Below are positions 19,218 through 30,600 of a stretch of 64,000 nt of DNA, one piece after another. This DNA comes from an uncultured virus (IMG/VR IMGVR_UViG_3300012936_000007) (taxonomy: Duplodnaviria; Heunggongvirae; Uroviricota; Caudoviricetes). The position numbers were made by a program, and so were the translations under genes. Each line of letters opens with the position of its first letter. Position 1 is the first letter of the stretch. The notes below the pieces were generated by a model that did not search any database, was not told the origin of the DNA, and saw only the letters and a list, made by a program, of their open reading frames with translations. Location: IMG/VR virus record IMGVR_UViG_3300012936_000007. The stretch is one strand, 5' to 3'.

Positions 19218-19640
19218 ATGGCAATAGATATAACCAATCAAAGTAAACAAGTCGCAACTAAAACTAGTGCGTATTCTGATTTAGATTTACTTTTTAGAAA
19301 ACACCCTCAAACTGGTGACGTTGTTGTAAGGACTGATGCAGAAGCTGTAAAAAGGTCTGTAAGAAATATTGTAATGACTAATTACTATGAAAGACCATTC
19401 AAACCAAGTTTCGGTGGGTCGATAAGGGATTTACTTTTTGAATTAACTTCAGATAGAAAGATTAGAAAAGTTCAAAATAGGTTGGTAAACATGATTGAAT
19501 CACTTGAACCTAGAGTAAGAAATGTTCAAGTTGGTATTAATAACCACGATGCGAATGAAGTTAATTTACAAGTTTACTACACAATAGTGAATGGACTCAA
19601 AAATCACTCGATTGATTTAACAATAACAAGGGCAAGATAA
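19218..19640 (+). CDS. gp25: baseplate wedge gp25
   Basis: YSDLDL.F..HP.TGD, AVKRSVRNIV.TN..ERPF.P.FG, EPRV. Confidence 0.93.
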   Translation: MAIDITNQSKQVATKTSAYSDLDLLFRKHPQTGDVVVRTDAEAVKRSVRNIVMTNYYERPFKPSFGGSIRDLLFELTSDRKIRKVQNRLVNMIESLEPRVRNVQVGINNHDANEVNLQVYYTIVNGLKNHSIDLTITRAR

Positions 19641-19641
19641 A

Positions 19642-21513
19642 ATGGCAATTAAAAGTTCACAAATAAACGTTACCGACCTAGATTTTACAGACATTGGAGA
19701 AAATTTAAAATCTTATTTACAGGGTCAAGATAAACTAAAAGACTATGACTTTGAAGGTTCTACTATGTCAGTACTAGTAGATTTACTCGCATATGCATCA
19801 CATATTGGTGCAGTAAACACAAACATTGCAGGAAGTGAATTGTTCTTAGATTCTGCCCAAATCAGAAAGAACGTAGTATCCCGTGCAAAAGATTTAGGGT
19901 TTACACCTGCATCAGAAAGTTGTGCAAGTGCAATCGTAGACATTGCGATTGAAAATGTAAGAAATTCAGACGGGACTTTTCCAACAGTTTCCGAAATGCA
20001 ATTAGAAAGAGGATTTATATTTGAAGCAAAGTTTGACGGTATTAATTATCAGTTTGTAGTTCCTAATACAATTAAACCAGTTCAGAATGGAACAACATAT
20101 AACTATTCAAGTGTTCCTTTAGTTCAAGGAACATATGCACAAGACCAATTTATTTTCGATAATCAAATAGGAAATCCAAAATTTGTATTATCAAATTCAA
20201 GAGTAGACACTTCTAGATTAGAAGTTTCTGTTAACTCAGGTGGAACTTCAAGTGCATATACACTTGCAACAGATGTATCAGATATTAAAACGGATTCCAA
20301 AGTTTTTTACACTCAGGAAAACGAAGACGGTTTTACAGAAATTTATTTTGGTGACGGTACACTTGGTGCAGCTCTAAATGATGGTGATGTCATAACAACA
20401 ACATATATTATTGTTGACACAATTCATTGTAATGGAGTGAAAAATTTTACACAGGTAACTGCAGTAAATGGTTTTACTGATTCTACTATCACAACTACGT
20501 CTAACGCAAATGGTGGTGCAGAAAAAGAAGACATAGATTCAATCAAGTTTAAGGCCACAAAGTTCTATACTTCTCAAAACAGATTAGTAACACTTAACGA
20601 CTACAAAGCAAAAGTAAAAGAATATTATCCTAACGCAGATGCAGTTGCAGTATGGGGTGGTGAAGACAATGTCCCACCTGAGTACGGTAAAGTATTTCTT
20701 GCAATCAAACCTTTGAACTCCGATTATCTTTCAGAGTCTGAAAAAACAAATGTTAAAAACAATTTAAACAAATTAAATATGTTAACAGTAAGACCTGAAA
20801 TTGTAGATGCAGAAATTGTTAAGATTCTTTTAACAACTACATTCAAGTATGACGAGAGAGCAACTACATTATCAAAAGGAGAATTAGAAACAGTTGTAAC
20901 AAATGCAATTTCTTCTTATGACTCAGCCAATCTTACAAACTTCGATGCAGTGTTTAGACATTCAAATTTAGTTAAAACAATCGATGAATCAGACTCTTCA
21001 ATTTTAAGTAACACTACTAACGTAAGACTATGTAAGAAAATGGAAACTAAAGTGGGTCAAGAGATTGGATATACAAATGCTTTTGGAAATGCATTATATA
21101 ATCCTACTTCAGGATATAATGCAGCTGCAGGTGGTATATTGAGTAGTACTGGTTTCTACTCATTAGGAGATACAGTCAATATCCATTACTTTGATGATGA
21201 TGGAAAAGGAAACCTAAGAGAATATTATCTTTCAGGTTCAACAAGAATTTATACGAATAGTACTGCAGGGACAGTTGACTATTCAACAGGTTTAATTACA
21301 ATCAATGCGATTAACATAACGTCTACCGTTAATGTTGACTCAACGATTGACTTCACCGTAATACCTAATGGAAACGATGTTGTTGCAACACGAGGTATCT
21401 TAATTGATATAGCGAGTGACCAAATCAAGGTATTAGGAGAAGTAGACACCATCGCAAGTGGTGAAAGTAGTGCAGGTGTAGGATTTAATTCTACGTCTTC
21501 CTCTACATATTAA
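19642..21513 (+). CDS. gp6: baseplate wedge gp6
   Basis: LDF..I..NLK.YL, DYDFEGS.MS.L.DLLAY, E.FLDSA..R..VVS.AK.LG, YFGDG, QNR.VT..DY. Confidence 0.95.
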   Translation: MAIKSSQINVTDLDFTDIGENLKSYLQGQDKLKDYDFEGSTMSVLVDLLAYASHIGAVNTNIAGSELFLDSAQIRKNVVSRAKDLGFTPASESCASAIVDIAIENVRNSDGTFPTVSEMQLERGFIFEAKFDGINYQFVVPNTIKPVQNGTTYNYSSVPLVQGTYAQDQFIFDNQIGNPKFVLSNSRVDTSRLEVSVNSGGTSSAYTLATDVSDIKTDSKVFYTQENEDGFTEIYFGDGTLGAALNDGDVITTTYIIVDTIHCNGVKNFTQVTAVNGFTDSTITTTSNANGGAEKEDIDSIKFKATKFYTSQNRLVTLNDYKAKVKEYYPNADAVAVWGGEDNVPPEYGKVFLAIKPLNSDYLSESEKTNVKNNLNKLNMLTVRPEIVDAEIVKILLTTTFKYDERATTLSKGELETVVTNAISSYDSANLTNFDAVFRHSNLVKTIDESDSSILSNTTNVRLCKKMETKVGQEIGYTNAFGNALYNPTSGYNAAAGGILSSTGFYSLGDTVNIHYFDDDGKGNLREYYLSGSTRIYTNSTAGTVDYSTGLITINAINITSTVNVDSTIDFTVIPNGNDVVATRGILIDIASDQIKVLGEVDTIASGESSAGVGFNSTSSSTY

Positions 21514-21596
21514 TTATGTATAAGGTGGTCTGAGATGGTAGGTTCCATGCTCAGAGTAGCATCCCATTAATTTGGTTTTTATAGGAGAAAAACAAA

Positions 21597-22064
21597 ATGG
21601 CAGATAAAAAAATAAGTGCATTATCACAAGTATCAGACGCTGACATAGGTGCAGATGATTTGTTACATATTGTGGACAATCCAGGCGGCACACCTGTAAA
21701 CAAAAAAATGACCATTGGTCAGTTATTCGAAAATGTTCCAACTCATTTAGCAGTTGACGACATTGCTGTTGTATCAACAAGTGCAAGTAACTTAGCAAGT
21801 ACATTTGCAACTGATTTTGATTTAGCAAGTGCGAGTGGTAATATCACTCCAACACTTGACAACGGTACAGATACTGGACAATTAAAAGTATTATACTGTT
21901 CTTCCGTTCACGGAAGTGGTCATACTGCTACAGTTTCTATAACAAATGCAGCTTCATCAGATTTTAACCAAATCTTGTTTAACGCTATTGGTGAAACAGC
22001 AATTTGTTACTGGAATGGAAGCAAATGGTTTATATTAGCCTCTACTGGTGCGACAATCAGTTAA
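21597..22064 (+). CDS. virion structural protein
   Basis: MADKKISAL...DDLLHIVD N-terminus typical of fibre/decoration proteins; AGGAG RBS. Confidence 0.65.
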   Translation: MADKKISALSQVSDADIGADDLLHIVDNPGGTPVNKKMTIGQLFENVPTHLAVDDIAVVSTSASNLASTFATDFDLASASGNITPTLDNGTDTGQLKVLYCSSVHGSGHTATVSITNAASSDFNQILFNAIGETAICYWNGSKWFILASTGATIS

Positions 22065-22081
22065 TAATATAGGAAACTAAT

Positions 22082-25000
22082 ATGTCTCATGACAAATATC
22101 TTAAAGATAGACTTTCTTACAGGATAGGTTCGTTATTACCTGATTATGTCAGGGAAGAATCACCTGCATTTGAGGCATTCTTAAAAGCATATTTTGAGTA
22201 TCTAGAAGCAGAAGTACTTGTACTAGAAAGTCAGAGTGAGATAGATTCAGTTGCTTTAGAAGATGGTACAGGTAGTGCTCTTTATGAGAGTGCTACCGTA
22301 TCACCTTCACCCGATAAAAATTCATCAAAAATTCTCTACGAAAGAACAGCTGCAAATCCAAATGAAGATGCAGACCCTTTAAGAGTAGGAGAATATCTTG
22401 TAGGTTCTACAAGTAAATCCGTTGCAAAAATTGAGGTAATCAACGGTAATACAATATACCTCAAATCAATTTCAGGTAATGGTTTTGCAAAAAAAGAAAC
22501 TGTTACAGGAAGACAGTCAGGTCAAACTGCAGTAGTCAAATCTTATAAAGAAAATAATATTCTTGCAAGTAATAGATTATTAGACTATTCTGATATTGAC
22601 AGAACTACAGAAGATTTCTTAGAATACTTCCAACAAGACTTTATGCCGTCTCTCGACTTGGCGTCTCTAGAAAATAAAAGATTAACAATTAAAAACATAA
22701 GTGACCTTTATAAAAAGAAAGGTACTGTAGAATCAATACAGTTTTTAATGAGAGTCTTGTATGGACAAGATTCATCTGTAAGGTATCCTATTAACGAAAC
22801 AATTCATGTTGGAGAATCAGGATACTCTCAACAAAGAAGAATGAGAGTTACAATACCAAACGGTATTCCTGAGGCAAATGATAAGATAACACAATACGAT
22901 GCAACCGAAACAAATATACAGGCACAAGCAGTTATAGAAAATGTATTTACTGATGATGCAAATAACGGTCTGTATAGTTTAGAAATCATGAACAATCATG
23001 TCGGAACTTTCACCGAAGGTTCTGCAATTAAAATACTTGACCGTGACGGTATAACAGAAATAGTAGGAACAGTTAACGGTATCATATCTGATGTAACTGT
23101 AGGTTCGTCCACATATCTAAGTCAAGATACAAGTGGTGGTGGAGATTTCCTTTTGGAAGACGGTGGTGGTCTACTACTAGAAGATGACATTCACCCTTTA
23201 GGTTCTCTATACACATTAAATGACCAAATCAATATAACAGGTTCTAAGTTAGATACTGATGCAGTAGAGACACAATCAGTTGTTAATGGATTAACAGAAG
23301 GTTCAATTCAAAAAATCTATATCGAAGACGGTGGTCAAAATTATGAAGCAGGTGATTTAATCATCTTTGAAGACGGAGTAGGAAACGGTAACGCAGAAGC
23401 AATTATAGGTTCTACTGGTGACGAAATGTTACTCGAAGGTGGTTCAGTGTTTGGACACTATGAAATAACTGCAACAGCAAATCAGGAAGTAGTTGGTGGC
23501 CCAAATGTTCAGGACGATAATGGAAATACAATTATCTTTAATGATAACACAATAGACGTATATGTCAATGGTGTATTGAAAACACCTACTACTCATTACA
23601 CATGGAAAAACGATAGAGTTACATTTACACCTGCACACGGTACATTAACTGCAGGAGATTTAGTTGAGATTTACACTGAATATAACAGAGTACTATATGA
23701 AGACGGAACAGTTATAGATTATAATGGTGTTATGGTTGGTGGGTCTCTTGAATCAGACGATGGAAGAATAAGAGAAGTCCTCATAAAAAGTGGTGGTCGA
23801 TACACTTCAATTCCAAAAGTATTTCCAGGCGGTTATATTTACCTGAGTGATGTTTCAGGATTTGAAGAAAAAGAAGTTGTTACTGGTGGTACAAGTAATG
23901 CAACTGGTATAATATCAAGAATAGACACGCAAAATAATAGACTTGTTATCAAAAGACTTTCAACTAACACTGGGGTTTTCCAAGTAAATGAACTTATCAC
24001 TGGTGGTACAACGTCTACAACTGGTACAATAGTACAGACAAACGTATCTTCAGGAACAGGTGCGAAACTATTTGCGTATTCAGATAATATTGGTGGTGTA
24101 GAGTCTATCAATATAAATGACCAAGGTAACAAGTTTAGTTACGATGGTTTAGTTTCAGGAAGTTCATACTTTAATATGTTAATTAGAACACCTAGTGCAA
24201 ACTTAACAAGAGATTTAGTTCTTACTGGTGACTTATCAGGAACAACTGCAAAGGTTCAATCATATGATGCAGATAGACAAATCTTAACATATAAAGATTT
24301 AGACGGTTGTTTTTATGACGGTGAGAAAGTTTCGTTTAATGCAGCTGACCATTTCTATACCGTAAAAGGAAACAACTTTAACGGAAGAGGTACATTTGCA
24401 GGTGAAGGTATAATCGAAGAAAAGATAGTCGGAGATTATGGAACATTAAACGCAAACGCATCTAGAGTCCAAGACGGTTTACTTTATCAATCACACTCAT
24501 ACGTTGTTAAGGTTGGAGAATCAATTAACAAGTGGAGAGGTGTTGTAAAAGATTTACTTCACCCTGCAGGACACATAGTGTTTGGTGAGGTTGCGATTGA
24601 AAACTCTAAGAGTATGGCAATGGATTCTACATTCAGACCAATCATTGTTATAACAGAAAGTGTAGACGGAAGTTTAACTAATGCAGACTTATCGAAACAA
24701 ACATTATTGCAATTATTTACATCTGCAGAAGGATTATTATTAGAAGACGACTTTAATCTTCTTATGGAAGATGGAAGTTATGCTGTTACAGAAGGATTTG
24801 TAACTGCACATGATTTACTATCCGAACTAAAAGAAGCAGGACAACCTGCATTTAATACCGACCCAAGAACAGGTAATACAGTATCATCATTCGCAATGGT
24901 TGGTGGTGTTCAGACTGGTGAGGGTACAGAAATGTATGACTCTATGATGAGAAGTCGTCATGTCAACATTAATGTTATAAATTCATTTGCAACTGCAGCC

Positions 25001-26044
25001 GTTTACAACGCAATAAGAACTTATACACCTGAAGTAACTCGTTATGATGTTACAGTTACAAATACTGGTTCGGGTAATAAGTTTACTATAGACGGAGTAC
25101 AACAAAAAACATTAGAACTTAAAAAGGGAAGAACATATGACTTTTCATATCCAACTGGTCACCCTTTCAAATTCTCTACAACTTCAGACGGAACACATAA
25201 TAGTGGTTCAGAATACACTACAGGTGTAACGCAAAATACTTCTGCTGGTGAGATAAGAATTGTTACAACAGATTCTACACCTACATTATATTATTATTGT
25301 CAATTCCATAGTGGTATGGGTGGACAAGCAAACTTTAGAGAAGATAATCTTAAAACTTCTCTTAGTCTCTCATCTGCAGACAATGGTTATCTTGTCATGT
25401 CAACAGAAAGAAGACCTGCAGACAAAGGTAAAATTTTCCAATCCTATACACCAGTTGAAGAAGATTTGATATTGGAAGACGGTGGTTTGATATTAGATGA
25501 ACCAGTACCTAATTATTTAAGAATGGACGACAGAGAAGCACACAAAGTGTATCATGTTGGAGAATTTGGTGAAAGGATTTTAAGTGAAGACGGAGAAGAT
25601 TTATTATGTTTAGAAGATGCAACTACAACTTTAGAAACAACACACTTCACAACTGAGAGAAGTATTGAACTAGAAAGTGGTGGTATCTATACAGAAGACG
25701 GAGATAGAATAGTACATGAAACAGGGACACCTGTAATTCAAGAGGATATGTCTGAGGTTGGTATAACTTCTTTTGTTCCTTTAGGAAGTACTTTCCGTAG
25801 TCTAAATAATATTACAGGTCAAAGAGCCTACAGAATATCATATTATCTCAAAGAAGAAACAGACGGAGATGATATATTATTAGAAGATGGTCACGGTGGA
25901 ATACTAAACGAAGTTTCCCAACCTGAAGGACTAAGAATTCAGGACTTAACGGAATATTATCCAAATATGTTCTTACCTGAATTTGAAAACCAAGAAAGAA
26001 AAAGAACAAATATTACATATAGTGCATACATTAAGTCTGCCTAA
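22082..26044 (+). CDS. large baseplate wedge initiator (gp7-like) with inserted domains
   Basis: LP.YV.E....F..FLKAY.EYLE, LYKKKGT.ES, QD...YQ.HSYV.K, LLHPAG..VFG; lies between gp6 and gp8. Confidence 0.75.
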   Translation: MSHDKYLKDRLSYRIGSLLPDYVREESPAFEAFLKAYFEYLEAEVLVLESQSEIDSVALEDGTGSALYESATVSPSPDKNSSKILYERTAANPNEDADPLRVGEYLVGSTSKSVAKIEVINGNTIYLKSISGNGFAKKETVTGRQSGQTAVVKSYKENNILASNRLLDYSDIDRTTEDFLEYFQQDFMPSLDLASLENKRLTIKNISDLYKKKGTVESIQFLMRVLYGQDSSVRYPINETIHVGESGYSQQRRMRVTIPNGIPEANDKITQYDATETNIQAQAVIENVFTDDANNGLYSLEIMNNHVGTFTEGSAIKILDRDGITEIVGTVNGIISDVTVGSSTYLSQDTSGGGDFLLEDGGGLLLEDDIHPLGSLYTLNDQINITGSKLDTDAVETQSVVNGLTEGSIQKIYIEDGGQNYEAGDLIIFEDGVGNGNAEAIIGSTGDEMLLEGGSVFGHYEITATANQEVVGGPNVQDDNGNTIIFNDNTIDVYVNGVLKTPTTHYTWKNDRVTFTPAHGTLTAGDLVEIYTEYNRVLYEDGTVIDYNGVMVGGSLESDDGRIREVLIKSGGRYTSIPKVFPGGYIYLSDVSGFEEKEVVTGGTSNATGIISRIDTQNNRLVIKRLSTNTGVFQVNELITGGTTSTTGTIVQTNVSSGTGAKLFAYSDNIGGVESININDQGNKFSYDGLVSGSSYFNMLIRTPSANLTRDLVLTGDLSGTTAKVQSYDADRQILTYKDLDGCFYDGEKVSFNAADHFYTVKGNNFNGRGTFAGEGIIEEKIVGDYGTLNANASRVQDGLLYQSHSYVVKVGESINKWRGVVKDLLHPAGHIVFGEVAIENSKSMAMDSTFRPIIVITESVDGSLTNADLSKQTLLQLFTSAEGLLLEDDFNLLMEDGSYAVTEGFVTAHDLLSELKEAGQPAFNTDPRTGNTVSSFAMVGGVQTGEGTEMYDSMMRSRHVNINVINSFATAAVYNAIRTYTPEVTRYDVTVTNTGSGNKFTIDGVQQKTLELKKGRTYDFSYPTGHPFKFSTTSDGTHNSGSEYTTGVTQNTSAGEIRIVTTDSTPTLYYYCQFHSGMGGQANFREDNLKTSLSLSSADNGYLVMSTERRPADKGKIFQSYTPVEEDLILEDGGLILDEPVPNYLRMDDREAHKVYHVGEFGERILSEDGEDLLCLEDATTTLETTHFTTERSIELESGGIYTEDGDRIVHETGTPVIQEDMSEVGITSFVPLGSTFRSLNNITGQRAYRISYYLKEETDGDDILLEDGHGGILNEVSQPEGLRIQDLTEYYPNMFLPEFENQERKRTNITYSAYIKSA

Positions 26045-26047
26045 TGT

Positions 26048-26084
26048 ACTAAATAACAATAATGCATAAATAGTATTATAAATA
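26048..26084 (+). promoter_or_regulatory. T4 late promoter cluster
   Basis: ACTAAATA (26048), CATAAATA (26065), TATAAATA (26077) upstream of gp8. Confidence 0.75.
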
Positions 26085-26102
26085 TCTGAGGAGATTAAGA
26101 AA

Positions 26103-27572
26103 ATGGCAGCAATTATTACCGAAAAGTTTAGAGTGCATAACGCTAAACAATTCAAAGAGGACTTTGGAGAAAGTGCCTCGTCAACCTATATTTTTATTGG
26201 CCGTGCCCACCCGTGGACGGTAGATACGTCACCACCAACACCAGTTAACGGTGTTTCAGAATATGTAGATGCATGGTCAGACATGACTGCATTGAAAAAA
26301 GTTGGTAGTGCTGATGTATCACATGGTTTAACAAGATACGATTGGACTTCAGGAGTCAAGTATGATGAGTACGCACATGATATAAGTGCAACTAACACTT
26401 CAAGTGCTACTTCTGCAACTTCCTTGTTCGCATCAAGATTCTATGTAATGACTGATGAATATCACGTTTACAAATGTCTAAGAACTGGAAGAGATTCTAA
26501 TGGTGCAACAGTAAACTCAACTGTTAAACCGACAGGAACAAGTCACACTACACTAGTTGAAACTTCAGATACTGGTGCAGCCACAGGACGTGGTTATCTT
26601 TGGAAATATATGTATACAGTTACTGCCTCTGATACAATTAAATTCGTAACCAATGACTTTATCCCAGTTAAAACAATCGGTGCTCAAACCGAAGTAGATG
26701 GAGCGACAGGTGCCCTTGGTACTGCAGCCTCAGATGACGGTTCATCTCAATGGGACGTTGAAAACGCAGCTGTAGACGGTGGAGTTCACCATGCAGTTGT
26801 TACTGCTCAAGGTTCAGGTTACGAAAACGGTGACGGTGCATACGAAAACGTACCCATCGTTGGAGACGGTTCAGGTGGAGTTGCTACAGTACACGTTTCA
26901 GGTGGTAAAGTAACTCACATTACAGTTACGAACCCAGGCACAGGATATAGAAACGCACAAATTATTATTGCAACAACTACTTCAGGTTTATCAAGTATAG
27001 GAAGTGGTTCAGGTGCAGTAGTTAAGTGTATCATATCCCCTCAAACTGGACACGGTGCAGACCCAATACAAGAACTTGGTGGAAACCACGTTATCGTAAA
27101 CTCTAGATTAGAGTTCGGTGAAGGTTCAGGTGATTTCCCAACAGATAACGACTTTAGACGAATTGGTTTAATTCAAGACCCATTCTCTTCAGGAACAACA
27201 GTTGCGACTGCAAGTTCAATGGCCGCATATCACCAAATGACCGTATCTGATGCAGGAGACTTAAATGTTGATGATATTATCAGAAGTTCAGGTTCAGACG
27301 GTGCTGGAGTTGCAAATTCAAGAATAGTTTCTATAAATGGTAATGTGGTTTCACATATACCTATCGCTAGTAGTGCAGGTACTTTTACTAACTTCGCAGC
27401 TACTAATAACGTTTTCTTAGGAAATTCAAACAAAGGAACAGTTTCTAGTGTAAATGCAGCTTATCCTGAAGTAGTAAAACACTCAGGACAGATAATGTAT
27501 GTCGAAAACAGGGGTGCAGTAACAAGAGCAGCAGACCAAATCGAAGACATTAAGTTAATTATTGAAATGTAA
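26103..27572 (+). CDS. gp8: baseplate wedge gp8
   Basis: MAAIIT.KFR..NA..F, R.DWTSG..YD.Y, FYVMT....VYKCL, GYLWKYMYT, R..DQ.EDIKLIIE. Confidence 0.9.
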   Translation: MAAIITEKFRVHNAKQFKEDFGESASSTYIFIGRAHPWTVDTSPPTPVNGVSEYVDAWSDMTALKKVGSADVSHGLTRYDWTSGVKYDEYAHDISATNTSSATSATSLFASRFYVMTDEYHVYKCLRTGRDSNGATVNSTVKPTGTSHTTLVETSDTGAATGRGYLWKYMYTVTASDTIKFVTNDFIPVKTIGAQTEVDGATGALGTAASDDGSSQWDVENAAVDGGVHHAVVTAQGSGYENGDGAYENVPIVGDGSGGVATVHVSGGKVTHITVTNPGTGYRNAQIIIATTTSGLSSIGSGSGAVVKCIISPQTGHGADPIQELGGNHVIVNSRLEFGEGSGDFPTDNDFRRIGLIQDPFSSGTTVATASSMAAYHQMTVSDAGDLNVDDIIRSSGSDGAGVANSRIVSINGNVVSHIPIASSAGTFTNFAATNNVFLGNSNKGTVSSVNAAYPEVVKHSGQIMYVENRGAVTRAADQIEDIKLIIEM

Positions 27573-27576
27573 TTAT

Positions 27577-27594
27577 AGGGGAGTAATCCCCTTT
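27577..27594 (+). terminator. hairpin / weak intrinsic terminator
   Basis: AGGGGA-GTAA-TCCCCT followed by a short T run. Confidence 0.55.
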
Positions 27595-27617
27595 AACCAA
27601 ACTAGAGTTAAGGAATT

Positions 27618-30600
27618 ATGACTGAAAAGACAGATTTAAACGTATCCCCCTATTATGACGATTTTTCGGAAGACAAAAACTTTCATAAGGTACTATATCG
27701 TTCAGGAAGAGCGCTACAATCCCGTGAATTAATTCAGTCTCAATCTATCCTTCAGAACCAAATTGAAAGATTTGGTGACCATATGTTCAAAGAAGGGTCT
27801 ATTGTACAGGGTTGTCAATCTTCACTGGACTTAGAAGTTTATTTTGTTAAAGTAAAATCTTCAAACCCAAATTCATCAGGTGATGCAAACTCAGAAACAT
27901 ATAGAACTGCATCACATACAAAATATTATCAAGGTAAAACAACAGGTGTTGTTGCACAAGTTATAACATCAACTGCAGAAACTTCAGATGACCCACTTAC
28001 TCTTTTTGTAAAATATGTAAGACAAGGAACTGATTCAGGTAATTCATTTACATTTTCACCTGCAGAAGAAATTCAAGAGGTTACACTAGGTGCAGACGGA
28101 ACACCTAGTATTGTTTCATCTAACAATAATGAATTTGAACTTAAAGCAAAAACAGATGCAGACGACCCTAATGGATTAGCTTCTCTTGCAAATATCAAAG
28201 AAGGTATTGTTTTTGTTAGAGGATTCTTTGTTAAAGTTCCTACGCAAGAACTTCTATTAGAAAAATATTCAGGTAAACCTTCATATAGAGTTGGTTTAAC
28301 ACTAGTTGAATCACTTATTAGTTCAACTGCAGACACTTCTTTATTAGATAACTCTCAGGGTACGTCAAATGAAAACTCAACAGGTGCAGACCGATTAAAG
28401 ATTGAGTGTACTTTAAGTAAATACTCACTTACAGATACTACAGATACAGATTTCGTTGAATTGATTCGAGTCAATGAAGGTCTTATTGAGATTCAAATCA
28501 ACAAACCAATTTACGGTGCAATCGAAAACACTATGGCACGAAGAACATTCGATGCGAATGGTGATTTTGTCACACAACAATTTACACATAGTCTCAGAGA
28601 ACACTTAGACGACACTACAAACAGAGGATTTTACACCAAAGTAAATGGTGGTAGAGAAGATAGTTTTGTATTGCAAGTATCGCCTGGTAAGGCATATGTC
28701 AAAGGTTATGAGATTGATAAGATAGGAACAACAACAGTTGCACTTCAAAAATCTAGAGGAACAGCAACTCTAGATAACGCAAACACACCTATAAGAATAG
28801 GTAACTTTATTAGAGTTAAAAACACTCACTCACTTCCTGAGTTTGGAAATGAAAGTGGTGAAGAAGCACTAGACCCATATAAGTCAGTAGAATTGTGGGA
28901 TTCTACAATATCTTCTGCAGGAACTAAACCTACTGCAACCAAACAAATAGGTATCGCAAGAGTTAGAAATATTGACTTACATAGTGGAACAGATACTAGT
29001 GGAGTTTATGACGATACATCTTTATACAATCTATATCTTTTTGATATTAAGATGTTCACAAAAATTACAGGTACAACTTCAGGTGCAAGTTTTGTAATAG
29101 GTGATAAAGTTGTAGGTTCAGTATCAGGTGCAACGGGTATCGTTGCAACTACAGTTGCCTCAGGTGGTGGTCAAATTTTAGTTCATGATGTTGTAGGAAC
29201 ATTTACAGATGCAGACGCTATATCTGCAGTTGGAGCTTCAAGTTCAGCTGCAATCGCAAACGTAACTGCAGTTAGAACATACAACATTGACCGTGCAAGG
29301 TCAATTACACAAACACCTAATCAAACTAATAATGAAATCTTTACTGCAGATATTCACCCCGACTCAGATACCATACTAACAGGTACTTGTTCAATTAGTA
29401 GTGCAAACTTAACAGGTTTTGGAACTAAGTTTACTACAGAACTTAAAGAAGGTGATATAATTATTGACGGTGCTGGTGCAGAAAAAATAATTCAATCAGT
29501 AACTTCTGATATAGCTGCAACCTTGACTTCAAATGGTGCCGCCATGTCAAACGCAAATTGTACACGAAGAAGGGTAAGATTATTTAATCAAGACCAAACA
29601 GCTGCAATCGCATCATGGCCTAGAGATTTTGTTAAGACACATACTGGTGAATCAATTCAAATAAGACGACAAAAAACAGTAAAAGTTGGTTCAGGTGGTT
29701 TTACAATCGTTGCAAGTGACGGAACTTTTGCAGCTAGAAACACTGATAACTTTACAATCGCAGTTGTTGAAGAAAAAGCAGGTGGAAGTTTCTCTAATGG
29801 TGACCTAATAAACATAGAAGATTTAACTACAAATGTATCAACTTCAGGTTCAGGACAACAAATAGCATTTAGTGGTATAAACACAAACAACAACGATGCA
29901 GTTTTAAAAGTTACATATACTGTAACCGTACAAGACCCTGTAGCAAAAACTAAAGCATTACGAAGAGCAAGATGTCTTGGAGTAGAAAGTGCAAGAAGTG
30001 CTAATGGATTCTACGGAACTGCATATGACGATGAAGAAATTTCACTAGGTGTTCCAGACGTACACAAGATTAAAGGAATTTATGAAGGAACAGGTGGAGT
30101 TACACCTTTACCACCAAACGCAACATTTACAGTATCTAGTGGAACATTCCAAAACTATGAGACTGTAGTTGGTCAAACTTCAGATGCAAGAGCAGTTATC
30201 ATTTCAACTGGTGGAACAACATACTTCTATTACATTTCAGGAACACTAGTAAACACTGAAAGTGTTGTTGGTCAGACTTCAGGTGCAGTTGCAACATTAA
30301 GTAATGTATCTGCTGGTGGTGCTAATATCACTTCAAGATATTTCTTTGACAATGGTCAGAGAGACGGGTACTATGACCTTGCAAAATTAGTTTTAAAGCC
30401 TGGTCAACCTAAACCAAACAACAAATTGTTAATAGTATTTGATTACTTTGCACCTTCAGGTGCAGGAGACTACTTTGACGTAGAATCATATTCTGCAATA
30501 GACTATGATGAAATTCCTGTATATTCACCAAGTAGAGTTGACTTGGGTGGATTAGAACCTGATGGAACATTTGAACTTTCAGATTGTGTGGACTTTAGAC

